Of a DNA stretch of 64,000 bases, positions 60,901 through 64,000 are shown piece by piece (the stretch's first letter is position 1; the number at the start of each line of letters is the position of its first letter). The stretch lies in assembly GCA_030141605.1 (NCBI GenBank), contig JAQGDQ010000108.1, positions 1-64,000 of the forward strand, given 5' to 3'. The DNA comes from Tubiluchus corallicola (taxonomy: Eukaryota; Animalia; Priapulida). A model generated the notes under the pieces. It had not been told where the DNA came from and ran no database searches. It was given only the letters and a program-made list of their open reading frames with translations. A program made the position numbers and the translations under genes.

Positions 60901-63018
60901 TTTCATTTTATGTAGAACCTTCGAGTAGAAATTTCTTAGCTTGTGTAATTATCTTCGTCTTTTATGGTAGTATAAGAAGAGTCCTTTGTTCCTAAGAAAA
61001 GCTGCAGCTGGGTTGCGAAAAATATGTGCCCTAGAAAGTGAAAATCAATGCGAAGTAAGTTGGTGTTCTAAACTGAGAGGTAAACGAATTATTAGCATGT
61101 AGGAAAACCAAGGATTATTGCTAATGGGAGGGAAGAGATTTCCGAAATAAAACATCATCGATATTTTCATAATTTTCTCTAAGCCTCAGTGGCAGGTTTT
61201 CCCTCTAAGGGACTAAACTAGGACGCAACGATTGCTGAAAACCCCCTCTCCAGGCGAATAGATGAATCGCATGTTTGCTCCAGCTTCGAGCTTCGTTACA
61301 ATGGATGTCTGTTCACTGTTGTTTACATTCCTGCGTCTGTGACTTGGTTTAGAACGCATTTGGACATAAGGACATTCGCAACATCTGCCGTCTTGAGCGT
61401 TGAGGAGCTTGCATCTAGTGTCAAAGTGCAGAACTAGGTTTACGCTGGGATTTTGGGAGTAAAACAAGCGAGAAGCTTTAGCATAAATGCATCACATTGT
61501 GTGAGCTGCAGTGATGAATGCAAGTTGGGATAGATTTGGTTCTTCTATTAGCGATAGGAGTATGGAGTATAATAATTGGGAGAAGATTTGCATGGTAAGT
61601 GCGCATGCAAAAATAAATTGTTTACATAGGAGACGACTAATTTTCCTGGTGTTTAAATAAACCGCTGAGCGCCAAAAATTTACTTCCCTAAAATGGCCGC
61701 GAAGTTTGAAAATAATGTAGTTGAACATTGCCATGATTAATGTTTTGACACAATTTGTCTACAAACTGTGATTTCATCCGACTAGTACGCGTGTCTTCTA
61801 CGTGTCAAGTAAGCTAAAAATGATCGCAAAAGGCATTTTTAAAATACTCAGCTGCCAGGTGCTTAATAACTGTTGATTAATGATCATTTGAACTTGGCAT
61901 TCAATTGATCATTTGTCTTGTTGGCGCGCTTTCTGTGGGTTTTCCTAACTGATAGGGATGGTTCACTACTAACACAAATAACTCAGGAAAAGCAAACAAA
62001 TCTACTAGGATAATAAACGTGCATGCGAGCAAAATGTGCGGGATATCGGGATTGTTTTTCCCGCGCTTCCTGTTTAACGGTAAAGAGTTAATCCGCCCTG
62101 GATTAAAAGTTAAATCTCTTACCCACCGCATTGCTATAATACAGCCACTGTGCCTGCACGTTTTACTTGATTTATCTTACGCAATAAAACTTTTTGTGAT
62201 GACGAAAATTTTTATAGTTTAAAGCTATGTTAGTAATCTGGCTGCTTTACCCGAATTTGTATTCTGGTTTTTTAACCTTTTATGATGATGAAAAATTTTA
62301 TAGTGTAATTTAAAACTATGTTAGTAATATGATTACTTTACCCGACTTATATTTTGGTGTTTTTATGTTATGCACACGTTTAATCTCTATTTTAATTTAA
62401 TTACGAAAGGCTCTAATTTTAAACCAGAAAGTCGCCTACCACGTTAGTCAAGATTACGCCTGACACTAGTCTTTGTTTGTGAAGGCGCTAACCCTTTCCA
62501 TTCGTTTGAGTCTATACTGGGTTCAAGTCATCCACAGTGTTTAATTTTTTTGACCTGCAATTTTTATGTTGGTTACTAAGACTCGTAGACCAGTTTCCCT
62601 CAAGCCGCTGAGGTTTGTTAACGAATGAGCATTCGTATAACAGTAGTGTCACTTCACACAGGACGCCTGGAAAGTTTATTTAACGAAAGTTAATTCATGG
62701 TGGCACAGATGAAATTGTAGTTGATTAATTAGATAATCACATGCCTGCACCTTGCCATTAATTCATGTTAACCCCTAATATTTTTTACGTAGGAAACGTA
62801 ATGTTATTTGTCTAAGGATGTTTTTACTCTGAGGCACAGTTTTCGACTTAAGATTTACTTAGTGCAGGCGTTTTTAGGGCAATCTGAATTTTACTGGGCT
62901 TGTTTTACTATTTCAATGTTTTTTTTTATTTCAGGGTCACGTTGTATCAGCATTTGAACAGAGCTTATCCAATATGACCACACGATTACAACAACTGACA
63001 ATGACTGCAGAGATAAAG
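23187..63018 (+). CDS. NAV2: Neuron navigator (NAV2/NAV3-like; sickie/unc-53 family), partial multi-exon gene, 16 exons in window
   Basis: 16 GT-AG exons with fully consistent phases (4175 nt). Recognisable NAV motifs SMLEKFRFFNK, SPKVAVKSLAKKTF, GIPKP, LETTFD, GYMSDG, GMAAVRE, DDSSSISSGISD, HGSSLSL, PEEK..EIKKL coiled coil, AFEQSLSNMTTRLQQLTMTAE. The symbol marks the family; an invertebrate gene would be co-orthologous to NAV1/2/3. Confidence 0.93.
23496..23811. mobile_element. Degenerate MITE with imperfect TIRs (PIF/Harbinger-like, TAA/TTA flanks)
   Basis: CpG-rich island in an AT-rich intron. Left GCAGGCTTACGACGCAAG...CAACGCAACTC...CCGACGAG is similar to the reverse complement of the right end CTCGTCGG...GATGCGTTGCG...CGCAAGCTTAGC. 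Confidence 0.45.
24393..24602 (+). CDS. NAV2: Navigator exon B (phase 2-2), contains NSMLEKFRFFNKEK
   Basis: TTTTTTCAG acceptor, GG|GTAAAT donor; motif matches NAV SMLEKLKLFN. Confidence 0.9.
25310..25455 (+). CDS. NAV2: Navigator exon C (phase 2-1), ...SPKVAVKSLAKKTF
   Basis: TAG acceptor, TTG|GTAAGC donor; same frame as ORF 25248..25475. Confidence 0.87.
25775..26520 (+). CDS. NAV2: Navigator exon D (phase 1-0), Lys/Ser-rich, TGIPKPTAAVKG
   Basis: CTCTTACAG acceptor, CAG|GTATGT donor; corresponds to ORF 25855..26586. Confidence 0.92.
26866..26957. repeat. Short tandem repeat (TGTTTATRGAAGG units)
   Basis: TGTGTTTATGGAAGGTGTTTGTTTATAGAAGGTGTTTA repeated. Confidence 0.85.
27215..27437 (+). 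CDS. NAV2: Navigator exon E (phase 0-1)
   Basis: CTCCAG acceptor, CAG|GTAATT donor; ORF 27206..27475 frame (VAKVTPM, Ser-rich end). Confidence 0.87.
28664..28866 (+). CDS. NAV2: Navigator exon F (phase 1-0), ...SKLETTFDSSDQ
   Basis: CATAG acceptor, CAA|GTGCGT donor; LETTFD NAV motif; not in the ORF track (no start codon). Confidence 0.87.
29495..29680 (+). CDS. NAV2: Navigator exon G (phase 0-0), KPKLETTFG...IKPMQPIIR
   Basis: TTCTTGACAG acceptor, CAG|GTAAGT donor; 186 nt. Confidence 0.9.
30376..30596 (+). CDS. NAV2: Navigator exon H (phase 0-2), AEGYMSDGGVLG
   Basis: TATAG acceptor, GG|GTAAGG donor; conserved GYMSDG motif. Confidence 0.92.
30859..30981 (+). CDS. NAV2: Navigator exon I (phase 2-2), GYMSESGAAYYSRRFQARFQEGMAAVRECMQK
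   Basis: TTTTGTAG acceptor, TAG|GTAAGA donor; matches the NAV GYMTDGG..YTRR..GMAVVRE segment. Confidence 0.92.
33700..33716 (+). CDS. Candidate alternative first coding exon (MYADF-S), phase 2 into exon J
   Basis: GAAATG start, CAG|GTGAAT donor, phase matches exon J; GCGCATGCGC (NRF1-type) palindrome at 33650-33659 in a CpG-enriched patch. Confidence 0.45.
36162..36184 (+). CDS. Candidate alternative first coding exon (MLYFMNR-S), phase 2 into exon J
   Basis: Consensus donor AAG|GTGAGT, phase matches exon J; promoter-like CpG-enriched region around 35750-35850. Confidence 0.45.
37686..37845 (+). CDS. NAV2: Navigator exon J (phase 2-0), FDDSSSISSGISDNLGELSTDD
   Basis: TTTGCAG acceptor, GCA|GTGAGT donor; highly conserved NAV motif. 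Confidence 0.93.
38395..39530 (+). CDS. NAV2: Navigator exon K (phase 0-2), large Ser/Lys-rich exon with KFGF, VIITNPHA, TEAESMES
   Basis: TTGTTAG acceptor, AAG|GTATGA donor; ORF 38398..39561. Confidence 0.93.
39605..40231 (+). mobile_element. Non-autonomous DNA transposon, Kolobok-like, copy 2
   Basis: Homologous to 3386-3981; TTAA|AG at 39601-39606 and CT|TTAA at 40230-40235; fills most of intron K-L. Confidence 0.75.
40293..40482 (+). CDS. NAV2: Navigator exon L (phase 2-0), RSESLKS...TKSEKCYPSML
   Basis: TTTACAG acceptor, CCA|GTAAGT donor; ORF 40282..40491 frame. Confidence 0.9.
41006..41264 (+). CDS. NAV2: Navigator exon M (phase 0-1)
   Basis: TTTTACAG acceptor, AAG|GTATGC donor; ORF 40967..41401 frame. 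Confidence 0.88.
41706..41774 (+). CDS. Candidate 69-nt cassette exon (phase 1-1), AHQVAAPTRNSYSFESPKFSVHP
   Basis: TTTTCTTTTAG acceptor, CGT|GTGAGT donor, length divisible by 3, open in the correct frame between exons M and N. Confidence 0.6.
42367..42419 (+). CDS. NAV2: Navigator exon N (phase 1-0), HGSSLSLGSTSSSLYST
   Basis: TTTCAG acceptor, ACA|GTAAGT donor; conserved NAV motif. Confidence 0.93.
43194..43292 (+). CDS. NAV2: Navigator exon O (phase 0-0), coiled coil PEEKAAAEIKKLKVELENAHDKVSTLSCQLSTQ
   Basis: TTCTGACAG acceptor, CAG|GTAAGT donor; conserved coiled-coil start. Confidence 0.94.
44394..44461 (+). pseudogene. Degenerate 5S rRNA-derived fragment (3' half; pseudogene or 5S-type SINE piece)
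   Basis: CGAAATTAAGCAA...CCCAGTCAGTAAATGGATGGGTGACCACCT...TGTTGGC resembles the invertebrate 5S internal control region (box A, intermediate element, box C TGGATGGGTGACC) and the 5S 3' end. Confidence 0.6.
45230..45537 (+). promoter_or_regulatory. Candidate intronic promoter and non-coding first exon
   Basis: Inverted CCAAT (ATTGG 45258-45262), E-box CACGTG (45272-45277), local GC/CpG rise, then donor TAG|GTAAGG at 45537. Confidence 0.4.
48903..48968. repeat. (ATT)n/(ATC)n compound microsatellite
   Basis: Directly visible triplet runs. Confidence 0.93.
53369..54112 (+). CDS. Probable alternative first coding exon (248 codons, Asn/Ser/Gly-rich) of a short navigator isoform
   Basis: By far the longest ORF in a 19.6-kb intron, same strand as the host gene, ATCATG start. 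The GAG|GTAGCT donor 4 codons before the stop is phase 0, matching exon P. Confidence 0.68.
55769..56330. repeat. 132-bp dispersed direct duplication (55769-55900 and 56199-56330)
   Basis: Two copies with 3 visible substitutions, 430 bp apart start to start. Confidence 0.95.
61514..61594 (+). CDS. Candidate alternative first coding exon (MNASWDRFGSSISDRSMEYNNWEKICM), phase 0 into exon P
   Basis: Two in-frame ATGs with purine at -3 (61514, 61562), strong ATG|GTAAGT donor, phase matches exon P. Confidence 0.5.
62197..62365. repeat. Degenerate tandem duplication (about 85 bp)
   Basis: TGATGA.GAAAA.TTTTATAG...CTATGTTAGTAAT...CTTTACCCGA...TATT.TGGT occurs twice. Confidence 0.75.
62935..63018 (+). 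CDS. NAV2: Navigator exon P (phase 0-0), GHVVSAFEQSLSNMTTRLQQLTMTAEIK
   Basis: Long T tract + CAG acceptor, AAG|GTAATG donor; near-identical to NAV AHLVAAFEQSL.NMT.RLQ.LTMTAEQK. Confidence 0.95.
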
Positions 63019-64000
63019 GTAATGTTACTATTTTTCCTTTGTGAAATTGTCATATCTTCTAACTACTTTTGTTTTTCTGCCTTCTGGCATAATTGTTTGC
63101 AATTACCAATAGCAACGCCAATCCTGTGTATCTCTGCCTGAATAATAGATTTTATATTACATTTAGTACTTTCCGTGTGTATGTGTGATAGTTGGGATTT
63201 ACGTTTTTCTCACCTTTTACCATTAAAAACATATATTCTGCAGCTACATGCGTCTCTTACTGTCAGCAAATTGTTTTCTGTCGTGTAGAAACACGATTTT
63301 ACAGTAATCACAAAAAGTGCGTGCATCCAAATCTATTTTAAGATGGTTTCAAAACTTTGATTTTGTGCTATTGCCTCAATGTAATCTGGGAGCTTCTTTA
63401 GATTTTCCTTAGGAGTTTTTAGAAAAACATATAAGTATATTTTGCTTATTTGTATGGGCTAATATGTTTGATGAGTTCCTGTGGGCTTGCATGGTTTGTA
63501 TAATCTTGTGTTCTGTCCTGCATAAAGCAGAGTTCTAACCCCCAGGCTATTTGGGGAGGAGGGGTGTGGAATGTTTGAGCATCCCTTCTCTTCACATGTT
63601 TCATTAGTGTGGTTGAATCCTGAGCTTATTTTGAAAATGTTTTGAAAACATTTGTGGCATTTTGATGCCAAGAGAACAGAAACATTCAAACTGTGACTTT
63701 CTTGTTCCCGGCTAAGCTGCCTAAATGATATGCAAATAATAGAAGCTCTGCGTGCTCAGCAAAATTGGTCAGCTAAGAAAAAAGTCAAATAATAATTTGC
63801 AAGGTTAGAAAATGCCTCTGCACTTACAAAGTTTCTTGCAATAAGTTGCACAACAAAAAGAAATGTGTCTTTTTTTACTGCCTTTTTTAACTGTTTTTTA
63901 ACTTTTTATTACTGTCTTTTTAGTACAAATTGTACACTTGGTCTTTCATGCTTTGTATTTGTATCATTTTTGTAACCAGAGGTCAGTTTCATAGCAGTGT

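Overview
AT-rich eukaryotic (invertebrate, probably protostome) genomic DNA. Most of the window is the internal part of one large + strand neuron navigator gene (NAV2/NAV3-like; sickie/unc-53 family). I traced 16 GT-AG exons from 23187 to 63018. They join in consistent phase into 4175 nt (about 1391 codons) and carry NAV hallmarks (SMLEKFRFFN, LETTFD, GYMSDG, FDDSSSISSGISD, HGSSLSL, AFEQSLSNMTTRLQ). I did not find the N-terminal calponin-homology exons, and the C-terminal AAA+ exons lie beyond the window. The two large internal introns hold several candidate internal promoters and alternative first exons that are in phase with the next exon. These include a 248-codon Asn/Ser/Gly-rich exon, and CTCF-like motifs are interspersed among them. 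Mobile DNA: a likely Polinton/Maverick right end (1-1985), an internally deleted pogo-type transposon (6532-7532), two copies of a TTAA-flanked Kolobok-like element, a CR1/L2 LINE 3' end with a (TCA)n tail, a degenerate MITE and a 5S rRNA-derived fragment. I found no clearly new biological system. The best lead is the multi-promoter isoform architecture of the navigator locus, which is an inference and needs transcript data.
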